From positions 123,070,001-123,134,000 of the forward strand of contig OZ336872.1 in NCBI GenBank assembly GCA_965287045.1: DNA of 64,000 bases, written 5' to 3'. Positions within the stretch are counted from its first letter, which is position 1, and the number at the start of each line of letters is the position of its first letter. A model generated the notes under the pieces. The model was not told where the DNA came from. It did not search any database and saw only the letters and a list, made by a program, of their open reading frames with translations. The DNA comes from Carcharhinus amblyrhynchos. Taxonomy: Eukaryota. This document shows, piece by piece, positions 1 to 12,394 of this stretch. The translations under genes were made by a program, and so were the position numbers.

Positions 1-193
1 ATAGTGCTTCAGATGATGATAACCTCCCAAGCTTTAGGGAGATTGGGCCTTTCAGATTTTGAACACTATGACTGGACTATCAGACTGATTTAGTTCTCAA
101 TGGTCAAGTATACCCATAGCTAGATAATATTCCTTCTTTGTAACTACAATTTATCAATTTAAATATTATGAAAAAATAATCTGACATGCGTAT

Positions 194-1600
194 ATAAGAA
201 CATAAGAAATAGGAGCAGGAGTAGGCCATCTGGCCCTTCGAGCCTGCCCTGCCATTCAATAAGATCATGGCTGATCTGTCGTGGCTCAGTTCCACATTCC
301 CGCCCTCTCCCAATAACCCTTAATCCCCTCTCTTATCAGAAACCCATCAACCCGCGTCTTAAAAATATTTAGCGAGGTAGCCTCCACCACTTCAACGGGC
401 AGAGAATTCCAGAGATTCACCACCCTTTGAGTGAAGAAGTTCTTCCTCAACTCCATTCTAAACCGCCCCCCTTTTATCTTGAGGCTGTGCCCCCTAGTCC
501 TACTATCCTTTCTGAGCGGGAAGAGTCTCTCCACCTCCATCCTATCCATCCCATTCATCATCTTATACGTCTCAATGAGATCTCCCCTCATTCTTCTAAA
601 CTCTAACGAGTACAAGCCTAGTTTATTCAGCCTCTCCTCATAGCTCAACCCCCTCAACTCCGGCATCAGCCTAGTAAACCTCCTCTGCACTCCCTCCAAG
701 GCCAAAATATCCTTGCGTAAGTACGGCGCCCAAAACTGCACACAGTACTCCAGCTGCGGCCTCACCAATGCCCTATATAGCCGCAGCAAGACCTCCCTAC
801 TTTTATATTCAATCCCCCTCGCTATGAAGGCCAGCATCCCATTCGCCTTCCTGACCACCTGCTGCACCTGCAAGCTGGGTTTTTGCGACTCATGCACAAG
901 GACCCCGAGGTCCCTCTGCACCGTCGCCTGCTGCAGTTTTTCTCCACGTAAGTAATAATACTTCCTACCATTATTCCTACCAAAGTGGACCACCTCGCAC
1001 TTGCCAACATTAAATTCCATTTGCCAGTTCCTGGCCCATTCGCCCAACCTATCTAGATCCTTCTGCAGACTCTCCACACCGTCCGCACAATTTGCCTTTC
1101 CCCCAATCTTGGTGTCATCAGCAAATTTCGACACCATACACTCGGTTCCCTCCTCCAGATCATCTATATAAATGGTAAATAGCTGAGGCCCCAGCACTGA
1201 CCCCTGGGGCACTCCACTAGTCACCAACCGCCAATCCGAATAGCACCCATTGACCCCCACTCTCTGCCTCCTATTTGACAACCAATCCTCTATCCACGCT
1301 AACACCCTATCCCCAACTCCATGTCCCCTGACCTTCTGCAATAACCTCTTGTGAGGTACCTTGTCAAACGCCTTCTGAAAATCAAGAAAGACCACATCCA
1401 CCGGCTCTCCTCTATCCACCGCCCTAGACACATCCTCATAGAACTCCAATAAATTTGTCAGACACGACTTTCCCTTAACGAAACCGTGCTGCGTCTGCTC
1501 TATCAAGCAATTCCCCTCAAGATGCCTCGCTATTTCCTCCTTGATGACGGATTCCAACATTTTACCTACAACAGATGTTAAACTAACTGGCCTATAATTT
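194..1600 (-). mobile_element. 5'-truncated young CR1 LINE with an uninterrupted RT/C-terminal ORF (1599-286)
   Basis: NYRPVSLTSVVGK, QHGF, FLDFQKAFDKV, GVPQGSVLGP, FADDT and RPQLEYCVQFW motifs; 3' tail TTCTTATGTTCTTAT. Confidence 0.95.
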
Positions 1601-1606
1601 ACTTAC

Positions 1607-1738
1607 AATTCAGATATATTGTGTACTTCTCTGTTCCACATGTTTTGTTCCGTGTCTCCAAGGTAAACTACCTTAGTGGGTGGTGGCGTTTTCCCAGTGT
1701 ATATCTTTTGTACTCCTGCAGGTTCGTCTAAATAGTAT
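1607..1738 (-). CDS. XRN1: XRN1 exon 20 (132 nt); the gene continues beyond the left edge
   Basis: YYLDEPAGVQKIYTGKTPPPTKVVYLGDTEQNMWNREVHNISE, similar to human FYLEEPPGTQKLYSGRTAPPSK; tag acceptor, GTAAGT donor. Confidence 0.93.
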
Positions 1739-2419
1739 CTATAAATTCAGATAAAACAGGCACAAAACAAGTCCCATTAGATTATACACAGTTAGCAGAA
1801 GAACTTGAAATTCCTCAATTTATTAACTTTGCTCTGTTAAACACTGATGACCCAATGCATAAAAATTAGTAATCTGTAATGTCAACTTCTAAAGAAAACA
1901 GCCAACTGGACCCCTAGCGATTCAGCACGAAAATCAAATGCTAGAGTTTTTAGACCATGATAGTCACTGATTTGACTTCCAGCTCATTAAACCTCCTGCT
2001 ACAAAATTGTGTGAATGCTAATGTCAGGTTTAGCGCTGGTTGGACTGCCTCTTCTCTCAGGCAAATAGCAAGCAGCTGGCAAACATCCAGACGAAATTGA
2101 AGGTTGACAGCTTTGGTGTTATTAGTTGCCCTAATCCTCAAGTGCCAATCCAAAGCAGAATCTGCTGGGAAATGCATTACGATGTGCCACAGCAATTATA
2201 TTGATTTTCCAAAGAGCTTGGGTGTGGTGCTGCCATTCAGAAGTGGACCAGTTGTGTACACAGGGCACTATCATATGGCCATATTAAAAAAGTAACTAAA
2301 CAAGCCACAGCACGAATGAGACAGATCTTAACAGGGGAGATATAGCTGATTTTGTTATTGTTGGATTGCTCTCCCAAGCTACTGTAAAGTTAATCAGTTG
2401 CTATTCTTCCATGATGTAC

Positions 2420-2915
2420 TGAACTTTTACAGATGCACCATAGAAAGCATTCTTTCTGATTGTATCACAGCTTGGTATGGTTCTTGCTCTGCCCAAGACC
2501 GCAAGGAACTACAAAAAGTTGTGAATATAGCCCAACTTATCATGCAAACCAGCCTCCCATCCATTGACACTGTCTACACTTCCTGCTGCCTTGGCAAAGC
2601 AGCCAGCATAATTAAGGCCCCACATACCCCAGACATTCTCTTTTCCACCTTCTTCCGTCGGGCAAATGATACAAAAGTCTGAGGTCGTCTACCAACTGAC
2701 TCAAGAGCAGCTTCTTCCCTGCTGCTGTCAGGCTTTTGAATGGATACCTTGCATTAAGTTGATCTTTCTCTATGCTCTAGCTATGACTGTAACACTACAT
2801 TCTACACTCTCTCATTTCCTTCTCTATGAACAATATGTTTTGTCTGTATAGCATGCAAGAAACAATACTTTTCACTGTATGTTAATCCACGCAACAATAA
2901 TAAATCAAATCAAAA
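2420..2915 (+). mobile_element. Rex1/Babar-type LINE 3' end
   Basis: FYRCTIESILSDCITAWYGSCSAQDRKELQKVV; tail AATAAATCAAATCAAA. Confidence 0.85.
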
Positions 2916-3696
2916 GAAACATTTGGATTTTAGAATTTTAATATAACAATTCCAGCCAAATACAAAAAATCTTAAAGAACCCATGACCCTGGGTTCAACG
3001 ACTAGCTTCAAACTTCTTGCATCAAAAAAAAATGTAATCCTTCAATCACTTGATATACCAACTTTGATTCTGTCCTCAGCATTCCCAAGGGTCCAGAAAT
3101 TTACTGGAGAATTTCAATCCCAAACCCACTTTACTTCTGTGAATAAATTGCAAAGCTGAGCTCCAATTCCAATTCCAATTATTAAAATTTTGAAATGACA
3201 CACATTGTTAGTACAATAAAGTGAACAGAATCTACACTGGTTGGTAAGTCAAAACTAAGACACACAGCCATTTCTCGCTGAGAGTATTAATTGACTTTGT
3301 TCAGTATCAACACTCTTCACCTACACCCAGTGACTGAGCTAACCCCTAATTATTTGCTCAAATTTTTTTTTACTCATTCATGGGACAGGGGCGTCACAGG
3401 CTGGCCAGTATTTATTGCCCATCCCTAAATAGCCATCATTTGTTTCCCTTAACAATGTAATTCACATTATCAATTACACTGTTATAGTTTCAGACATTGA
3501 CATACTCTATTAGGTGATAATCCAACTGGTTACAATATACAGTCTTAAAGGTTCTGCAGCTTCTGGGGTGAACACAATTTCTGTGCCGAGAACTGACTTC
3601 CGCAATCAACTGAACATAATTTTGTCTTGCGTTAACAGCACTGCCCCAACTGACAACTCGCACAAGTCCAGCAAAAACTACAATCAATTTGGCTTT

Positions 3697-3920
3697 GAAC
3701 ATAAGAAATAGGAGCAGGAGTAGGCCATCCAGCCCTTCGAGCCTGCCCCGCCATTCAATAAGATCATGGCTGATCTGTCGTGGCTCAGTTCCACTTTCCC
3801 GCCCTCTTCCCATAACCCTTAATCCTCTCGCCTATCAAAAACCCATCAACCCGCGCCTTAAAAATATTTAGCGAGGCAACCTCCACCACTTCAACGGGCA
3901 GAGAATTCCAGAGATTCACA
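3697..3920 (-). mobile_element. CR1 3' end, same subfamily as 194-1600
   Basis: Near-identical to about 197-421. Confidence 0.92.
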
Positions 3921-4146
3921 AAACAGGCCGACTATAATTATAGTGGACTGGCATAAGTGATTCAATAAATTTTCATGTGGCACAAAAGCTAGCGATTTCC
4001 TGTAACACAGAGAGAATAATATAAATTTCATTAACCTGCCACATGGTGTACTGGGTATGCTGTGGAATCTGACCTGGCAACCTTACCCTTGTGGCAGAAT
4101 CAAAATTCCAAAAAGTTATATCTCCCATTTGTCAAAATAAGAGATC

Positions 4147-4324
4147 AAAAAGAGAAATGCTGGAAATATCAGCAGGTCTGACAGCATCAGTGGAGAAGCA
4201 GAACGTGACCCATCAGAGTAACCTGAAGTGTTAACTCCGTTTCTCTCTCCACATATAGTGCCTGACCTGCAGCATATTTCCAACATTCTGTTTTTATTTC
4301 AGATCTCCAGTACTCTCAGCACTT
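4147..4324. mobile_element. Foldback repeat of the 13855 Penelope-like family
   Basis: aaatgctggaaat...cagcaggtctgacagcatc...gtggagaa followed by its reverse complement. Confidence 0.7.
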
Positions 4325-4827
4325 TCAGGTCAAAATAGGGGAATTGGTTTTAACAAAATACAATTGGGGAACTAACAGATTAGTTTTGTTTTCCTGTGAC
4401 AAAACTTCAGTTCAGAATACAGAATCAAAACTAACAAATGGGAAATAATTTGTTTCCACCCCAGGTCAAATGTTGTACTTCAAGGAACAGTTTAACAGCA
4501 CTCAAGATGATGGTATTAGCGACCAGCAGATGCACAATAGTACGATTAATGACTGACTTCCCCAAGAAACCTATACTCTGCTTCATTTTGGTGCCAACTG
4601 GCAAGATTAAAGAAAAAATATCAAGAGTCATGACCAAGAATGCGCCTATTTCCTTATGAACAGCATATAATCGATATATAACTCACTCAGCAAACAATGT
4701 GGACTTTTGAGTGAGGAAGAAAAAGTAGTTTTGGGGAATTGCCAACACCAAGATAAAAGCCAATCTACAATATTAAATACACTATCCTTTTTAAACTGCA
4801 GCTCAGATCAAGTTATTCAATACTTAC

Positions 4828-4931
4828 TTCATTTCTTGATCTGACACCGCAACAATTCGAGCTTCCTCAAGATAAGGCCAATTCAAAAAAACAGGCCTCC
4901 CCAGTTCCTGATTAGCAACATCATCCACATT
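4828..4931 (-). CDS. XRN1: XRN1 exon 19 (104 nt)
   Basis: NVDDVANQELGRPVFLNWPYLEEARIVAVSDQEM; cag acceptor, GTAAGT donor. Confidence 0.94.
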
Positions 4932-5220
4932 CTGAAAGGCAAACAGGCAATTATAAAATAACCTTAAATATGTGGCTTTTAAACGTTTGACTGCCACCTT
5001 TCAATAGTTTCACTATTTTGCTTGTGAAAGGAGAGAATAACCCTTATTCACAGCACAGTGCAAAAATTCAAAAAGACATCACTGAAATTTGACACCAAAA
5101 TCATGTACACTTTGAATTCAGGAAGATCAAACACAATGTAACATTATATTGCTCATGGTTAAAATTTAAGTGACAGCAATTGTTTCTGACAACCTGATTT
5201 AGACAGACAAATATAATACA

Positions 5221-5412
5221 ACAGTAAGAAGTCTCACAACACTGGGTTAATTTATTAGGTAGCACGAGCTTTTGGAGCACTGCTCCTTCATCAGGTGAAT
5301 GATGAAGGCACTCCGAAAGCTTGTACTACCAAATAAACCTGTTCGACTTTAACCTGGTGTTGAGAGACTTCTTACCGTGCCTGCCCTAGTTCAAAGCTGG
5401 CACCTCCACATC
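5221..5412. mobile_element. Penelope-derived foldback repeat with hammerhead-like cores
   Basis: Inverted arms 5221-5294 and 5300-5378; CTGATGAAGGAGCAGTGCTCC core; related fragment at 9300-9372. Confidence 0.75.
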
Positions 5413-5468
5413 ATCACATAACTCAGGTTACATTCCAGTTTTGTTACACTCTGTGATTTCACGCATAC

Positions 5469-5561
5469 CTCCTCCTCCTCTTTGGGCAATAGCTCCAAAA
5501 GCATATTCTCTCCACGGCTTGGCTGTTGAAAGATTTGCACTCCACTCTTCCCCAGATAGAA
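5469..5561 (-). CDS. XRN1: XRN1 exon 18 (93 nt)
   Basis: FYLGKSGVQIFQQPSRGENMLLELLPKEEEE; cag acceptor, GTATGC donor. Confidence 0.94.
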
Positions 5562-7946
5562 CTGCAAAAATAAGAATTTCAAATATACATTTTCACTTTG
5601 CGTTGAAGGAAAGGTACAAAAGAAAAGCTCACTGCCACGTATTCTGTTCTTTTTTGGTTTGTGTTAGCATCACTTGGTAGCACACAGCAATTGCAGACAA
5701 GTCAACATCGGGCATCATAAGCAAGTAGTGTGGGGAATTAGGACAAGTAATCAGATTTAGGGGCTATCAGGGAAAAATATACTTTTAAAAAGCTGCACTT
5801 CCAACTGGCCCCAATTCCATCATCCATTCGTCCTAAATAAAAGTAGACCATTCAGTCCTTCACCCAAGTGACGATTCTATAAAATTACAGCTGATCTCGA
5901 ACCTCAACTTCTCTTTCCTACCCAATCACCAAATCGTTTGTCATGAATATACTCAAGGACCAAGAATTACTAACTCCAAAGAAATTTCTCATCCCTGTTC
6001 AAAATGGCTTACTCCTACCACAGGATACATTAGACGTATTGTAATTTCTATTATGAAGACAGATGCAAAAGACAGGATTTTCTGACCTCCCTGCGCTATT
6101 AGTGGATCGTGCTGCTCCCAAAAAAAAGCATGGGGGCCTAAAAATCCATTTTGCGCCTGACAGCAAAGAAATTCTTTCTTAGCCCCTTCCTAATATCATG
6201 AACCAGTTCACACCCAGAAAGGGTGTGAGGTTGATTAGCATATTTAAAGTAATATTTAAATATGTATAGTCCATTCAAATCCCAGCACATGGAATTCATG
6301 GACCTTCAGGTGTGGCATGATGACAAGAATCAACACAAGTCTCCATTACCGAGACTTGACACAATGATCACACCAGGTCTCAGAAGCCATTGAAGCCCCT
6401 GGGGGCATGGCTGGGCAGTGTTTTATTTTCTCTCTACTAATTATTTGACAAACTTTTGCTGAATTCTAAAATCCTCCAGCTTATTACTCTTTTTGGCAAC
6501 ATTATAAGCCTATTCTTTTAGCCTAATGCTATCTCGAACTTCTCATCTGCTAGTAAGGTCATGTGTCCCATAGGTATTTTATCCCATTAGAGAATGTGCG
6601 TTCATTGAGAATTATGAATTATTTCTTGTTTTCCCTTGCTTATTGACCACCATAAATTTAATCTAATTTTCTAATTTACCCAAGCCAACTCAACCCCATA
6701 TCTACACAATTTGCTTTGTTCTGATTTAAGACCATAGCTTTGGAGTTAACTAAATATTTTCAAACTCAATATAAAATTCTATCATAATATGATCACTCTT
6801 GTCCATGAGATCCTTAACTAAGATCACTAGTAAAATTTTAAATATAAGATAGCCCACCCCCCAGCTGATTCCTTGACATACTGATGCATTCCACCAGCCC
6901 TGTCCTCCACATTATTACTGTGTATCTATATCCATGCACTGTAACATTACACCTGTGAATAATTGGTGCTAACCTGCTGAATGATAAGTGAAGTTGAAAT
7001 GTTAGAACATTCAATGACTCTACTCTTCTATAGTAAACTATGCAGTTTCCCAAAGCAAACAGATCCACTGTACTCATGGTATTGTTTGCACGCCTAGTCA
7101 CTTTGTTTCACCAACTGAAATTAGCGCACAACAATCACTAAGGAGTGGGATACTTTTCATTCAGTTCCATATAACCTTCAAATTTAATGCAAAATAAATA
7201 TGATGTCTGGTTTAACAAAGGTCAACATATTAGTAATCTGTGCTAGCACACCCAGTCAAACTTCATCAATATCCTTGTCCATTCTTGGGGGGTGCCTCTA
7301 TATGCTTGCATCATTTACAAGTGGAATAAGATACATCCATATCAGACAAACTTTTGTAGATTCCTTAATAGTTTGGTCTGGTGCCTCTTAACCATAGTGT
7401 TAGGTTCCCAGTGTCCATTGTCAAGTTCACCCTCCCACCTTCAAAACATATGGTCATCTAGTTAACCACAGTAATGCATTCCAACCTCAATGCAGTCCAG
7501 ATCAAAGCAGTGGTTGATTTTGAGAGACAATGCATGAGTGAGTAACTGAAGTAATAACCCTCATAATGAAGGTACACATGTTGCAAGCCCACTCAAAACA
7601 ATAACTATTCTTCCAAGAGTAGAACTGCTTAGGAGGAAAAAAATACATGTATGTTTTTGTCTCTCTCTGACTTCCCATCACCATTGCAAAAGGCCCAGGA
7701 GTTACTAAGTCTGAAAGCAGAGTGGCTACAAGCAGATTAACAGCTCTGGCCAAGCAAACAACCTACAATCATCCACAAAGTAGTGATCCAATTATTTATC
7801 TTTAAAACAATATATTTTGGTTGCATTCTCTGTGTGCCTACAGCAATCCATTAATTCACAGGCATTGCTGACTCTAATTTAGGAATACAACTGCCACAAA
7901 GAAGCTGTGCAATCAACTGAAATTCCCCATTACAGGGGAAACGTAC

Positions 7947-8067
7947 CTTATGTTTAATATGCTTCAGAGTTGGAAACCCACGGAAGTACAAAGAACCCTT
8001 ATCTCGGACGTATTTTTTAGTGCAACTGAGATCCACTCTCCATGTATCCATGGGAATCTCTTCATGT
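7947..8067 (-). CDS. XRN1: XRN1 exon 17 (121 nt)
   Basis: HEEIPMDTWRVDLSCTKKYVRDKGSLYFRGFPTLKHIKHK; cag acceptor, GTACGT donor. Confidence 0.94.
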
Positions 8068-8176
8068 CTGAAAGAAAATGACAAATGTAGTAAATCAAAA
8101 TGTGGTATTAATAGCAATCATTTAATTCATAGAACAATACTTCAGGAAACAACGTCAAACTAGGCAAAGTCTCTAC

Positions 8177-8346
8177 CTTGCATGACAGTGCTCCACATCT
8201 GGAAACTTTTCTGGCCACGGTGATGGATATTTAAATTCAGTTTCTTCATCCCACCAAAACATGACACAGTTACTGTGCCTATTGCGCACTATCTCCTCCT
8301 CTGAAAGAAATCTATTACATGGCTCCATGGCTGCCAGTAATCGTTT
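8177..8346 (-). CDS. XRN1: XRN1 exon 16 (170 nt)
   Basis: KRLLAAMEPCNRFLSEEEIVRNRHSNCVMFWWDEETEFKYPSPWPEKFPDVEHCHA; cag acceptor, GTAGAG donor. Confidence 0.94.
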
Positions 8347-10201
8347 CTGAAAAGGTGAGAAAATATTTAAGTTTTCTTACATATTTACAAATGGATGAAG
8401 TGCTACAGGAAGTAGTAAAAAGTAGACAAAATATAAAGTTTTCTTCATTTGTTAATGGGATGCAGGTGTCACCAGCAAGGCCAACATTTACTTCCCACCC
8501 ATAATTACCCTCAAGATGATGGTGGTAAACTGCCTTCTTAAATGCAGTGGCATGCTAGGCCATTTCTGAGACAGCCTGGAGTCACATGTACGGGCAGGAT
8601 GGGCAAGTTTGATAGGTTCCCTTCCTTGAAGAACACCAATAAACAGATGAGTCTTTATGATAATACTGTAGTTTCTCATGTTTCTGGATCATTAATTTAG
8701 GCCTCCAGATTAGCAATGCAGTAACATAGCCACCATGTTACACTACCCCCAGTTGAAATGGCTATTATAAACTCCAAAGCGTTTCTAACATACTCTGAAT
8801 AAAACTTGAGCTGCCTCTTTAAAATGCTGCAGTGCTGTCAGTTTCAAAATGGGTTTTCTAACACATTAGTTTGCATTTGCTATAATTGGATATTCATGGG
8901 TACAACTGTACTGCAAGAAGAATGTGAATGTTTAAGTACAGAACAGAAGTCGACTGTCTTTGAGATTTTACAGTGTATTCCTTCACCCTGAAATGTGTGC
9001 ATACATTTGAGGCAAGCGGGAACAATTGATGCTTCTATTAATCCTGACATCATTCAACATATACCCTTCCATGCAAATAACCTCTAAAGAACCAGAGTTT
9101 TAAGCAGCCTCAGATCTTTTAACTCCTACTCAAAATGTGCGCCAGGTCCAATTAGTGATTGGATTCTGGAGAAACATTTCCTGCTGCTATTGCATAATTA
9201 ATCCATCAATATCCTCACAGAGTCAGAAAGTTCACTAAATATTTCACAGCTCCTCTCATCAGAGAAGCTGTGGCGGTGGTGGCACAGCTTTTGTCAAACT
9301 CACCTGATGAAGGAGCAGTGCTCCGAGAACTCATGATTCCACCCCAGTCCAAAGCCGGCATCTCCACACCATAGCTTTTATCATCATGTGCCATTTCATC
9401 ATTCACTTCTCCTTCAAGCACCTAATCATCTTTTGTTCCTCCCATCTCTCACTTCACATTCCAAACTCCATACCAACATCCTAACCAAGTTCCCCTTCTT
9501 TAGCAACGTCAGAAGTTACCTCCAACTTCCTCTCCAGCTTTCTATCTCGTCAGGCACCATTCAGTTCTCAGACTTGACTTTTGGGTATTCGCTCTTCCTT
9601 TTGCCTCAACGATGATGTTTGCCCTTTCAGGAGCCTTTACCTTCTGTTTGACATCCCACCCAGCAAACACGTTCCTCTCTCCTAGCTTTAAAAAAGCTTT
9701 AACAAAGCTTTAACGAAACTCATCTTTTTCACACAACTTTGTCAGGTCTCATCATGTTTAGACAACTGTTTCTTCAGCCTTTATCTAATTTCCTCCCCTC
9801 TCATTAAAGTAGCTCACCTTTTCCACTTTAAAGGCAGTATACCATTGCAAGTTGCTTGCTACCCACAAGGCACAAAAAAAACCTAAATTGTCAACAAAGT
9901 TATGAGAGGACTTGGAGAAGTTATTTATATTGAATAAACATCTCGGAGAGTTTATAAAATCACATCACTTGAAGCAAAAAAAAAGTGATATACATATTGA
10001 GATACAAACTCCAACTATATAAACCACTTCTACAAATTGGTTAAGATTAAGATTAATCTTCAATATTTTTAACTAAAAGAAAAAACCAATTCAAGATTAG
10101 TTACTTATAGATTTGTTAGTTTTAGGTACCAAACTAAATTATGATTGTTTCCTTTGGAAAATGTAATGACACTTGACGCAATAGTACTTTAAGATACTCA
10201 C

Positions 10202-10321
10202 TTCATCAATAAATGGAATTAGAACAACAGCTTCCCACTCCTGCTGCTTGCCATTAAGGTCAGTTTTGAAATCTGGAGGATAGTACTCAATGATTGGAGA
10301 TTTTTCATCAGTCATTAAATA
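10202..10321 (-). CDS. XRN1: XRN1 exon 15 (120 nt)
   Basis: YLMTDEKSPIIEYYPPDFKTDLNGKQQEWEAVVLIPFIDE; cag acceptor, GTGAGT donor. Confidence 0.96.
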
Positions 10322-10559
10322 CTGAAAATGCAAGAATAAATATATGATACATCAAGGAGGATGCAGTTTTTAACAATGTATTATTTTTCCCTTTTTTTCC
10401 TGCATGCACACAAAATTCTTTATTACAATCTTCGGTAAGAAATCTGGCAAGTGATCTTTGCATACATCTTTACATACATAAAGGCAGGAAAGTGAGGGGG
10501 TAAAGCCACATAAAGTGGCATTAAGAAAGTAAGCATTGAATAAAATCTTTACGATTTGA

Positions 10560-11900
10560 CAGTATGCAAAATAGTCATCGGCTGATCCTCAATTAGAAAA
10601 TGAGAAAATTAGGGTCATGAATTTACGACATGGGTCTTCATGTGACTGATCAGGTTGATTCTTGAGCACATGGGGTAGGAAGTCCCATGAGGTCATGGAA
10701 TCTGAAATGCAGAATTTGCTTCCACCTTGTCATATAACTGAGGCGCTGAAACCCAAAACATTATACAACTCAATGAGCAAGTTGTCACTGTTCTGAATGA
10801 TTGGTAGCAAACTCCTCACAATAATTAAAGTCAACACTGCCACGCTTCAAGGAAAGCTACCGAGTGTCTTTGAAGTGTTTGCTTTGTTCTCCCTGGAACA
10901 TGAGCCACTTGGAGTGGAGGAAACAGATCTGGTGGGGAGGTGTTTTCCAGCCATCTGGAATCAGTGTCCAGTCCATCAAAATTAATTTTGCAAGAGTTGC
11001 AAAAGAGTTTTGCCCAAATACTTGTGGAGTTGGCTTCAAGAAGGGCACTGGCATTTGTTCAATGGCACCCCCATTGAATCTGGAGGATGCAGCAGAGGTA
11101 CGGAGTTTTTCTTGTGTCATTGATACACAATCCAGGTCTCAATACAGTAATGTGGTCAAGACAACTGTTCTGTACACTGGGACTTGTTGACAAACACTTG
11201 CTGCTGTAGTTTGTAGGAGACTGAATTGCAGAGCTGATCTGATGTTGGATCTCCTCTTCAATGGTGGCCTTGGCGTGGGAAGTGCTGAACATATTCCAGA
11301 GTCTGTCCTTCAGCATCTCCAGGACATAGAATATCTGACTGACCAGGTGTAGATTGTTACAAATTTTGTCTTTGCAACATTCAACATCATGTGAAATTCC
11401 TTGCATGCAAAATTGGAACGATCACAAGTGGCTTGCAAATCCAGTGCAGAATGGGAAACAATACTGCAGTCATCTCCAAACTGTATGTTGGTCATGTATA
11501 TCCATTAAAGAGTTTTCCATCTAGTAGTTAGTATTGACCTATGAAGGCAGATGGTTTTTGGTGAGCTGAATACAATCTATCTGATAGTGGCTAAAGAGTA
11601 TGCGGGGTAACACACAGCCTATTCTTGATCTAGCCCAGCTTTTGAAGGTGTTTATTTCAGATCTCCCACTTAAGACAGTTGCAATCATATCATCATAAAA
11701 GGAACTATAGGATTATGAAGAAGTTGTCGGGACATCTTAAACTTTGAAATACAATCCACACAACCTTGCAATTTACTAAGTCAAATGCTTTGGCCAGGTC
11801 AATGAATGCAATGGAGAGTTCCTGGTGTTGTTCTTAACATTTTTCTTCATCTTTGCTATCTGACAAATCCATGTCAGAGGTTCCTCTAGAAAATCTAAAG
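10560..11900 (-). mobile_element. Decayed RTE-type LINE RT region
   Basis: EQHQELSIAFIDL (~11800-11835), IQFGDDCSIVSHS, TIEEEIQHQISSA and YLCCIL; many stops and frameshifts. Confidence 0.7.
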
Positions 11901-11968
11901 CACGCTGTGAAAAGTGAATTGTAATCAATGTGCAAACCTACTAGACACCAAGAGTAAAGTCCACATAC

Positions 11969-12125
11969 CTGGAAGCAGCTGGGTAGAAGTTCTTTACTAG
12001 CTGCTGGCAGTACAGCCAAAAGCTGCTCAAATGGCTTGAATGGTCTTCCTATATCAAATGTTATCTTCAACTTGCTGATATTACGGATGTCTGATAGGTA
12101 AGGTGCATAATGAAAAGGATAATAC
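11969..12125 (-). CDS. XRN1: XRN1 exon 14 (157 nt)
   Basis: [12 protein letters not shown]...[25 protein letters not shown]; tag acceptor, GTATGT donor. Confidence 0.96.
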
Positions 12126-12394
12126 CTAAACAACAGAACAAAACATTTGATCATATACATTACATAATAGTACTTTTTAAAAATAAACTCAACCATTGTC
12201 TTGATGGTTTCATTTGAAATTAAATTCTTGTTCAACATTGAAAAGGGAACTCAAATAAGCTGGCAAGTTTGAGAAGGTACAGATCTCCATTGTAATAAAT
12301 TTCAAATATGAAAACAGTTTTCATTTCCAATAAAAGAATAGTGTGAAGTCCCCATGCAATTTTAATTTCAAGTCATCATGAAACAATTAGTCCT

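Noticed and set aside
1-193. XRN1 exon 21
   Set aside because: No YLRRKGIIIN-like peptide in the minus-strand frames; the next exon must lie beyond the window edge
286-1560. 424-aa ORF as a host gene or domesticated reverse transcriptase
   Set aside because: It is a 5'-truncated CR1 ORF2 with its own 3' tail and near-identical sister copies; recent insertion explains why it is intact
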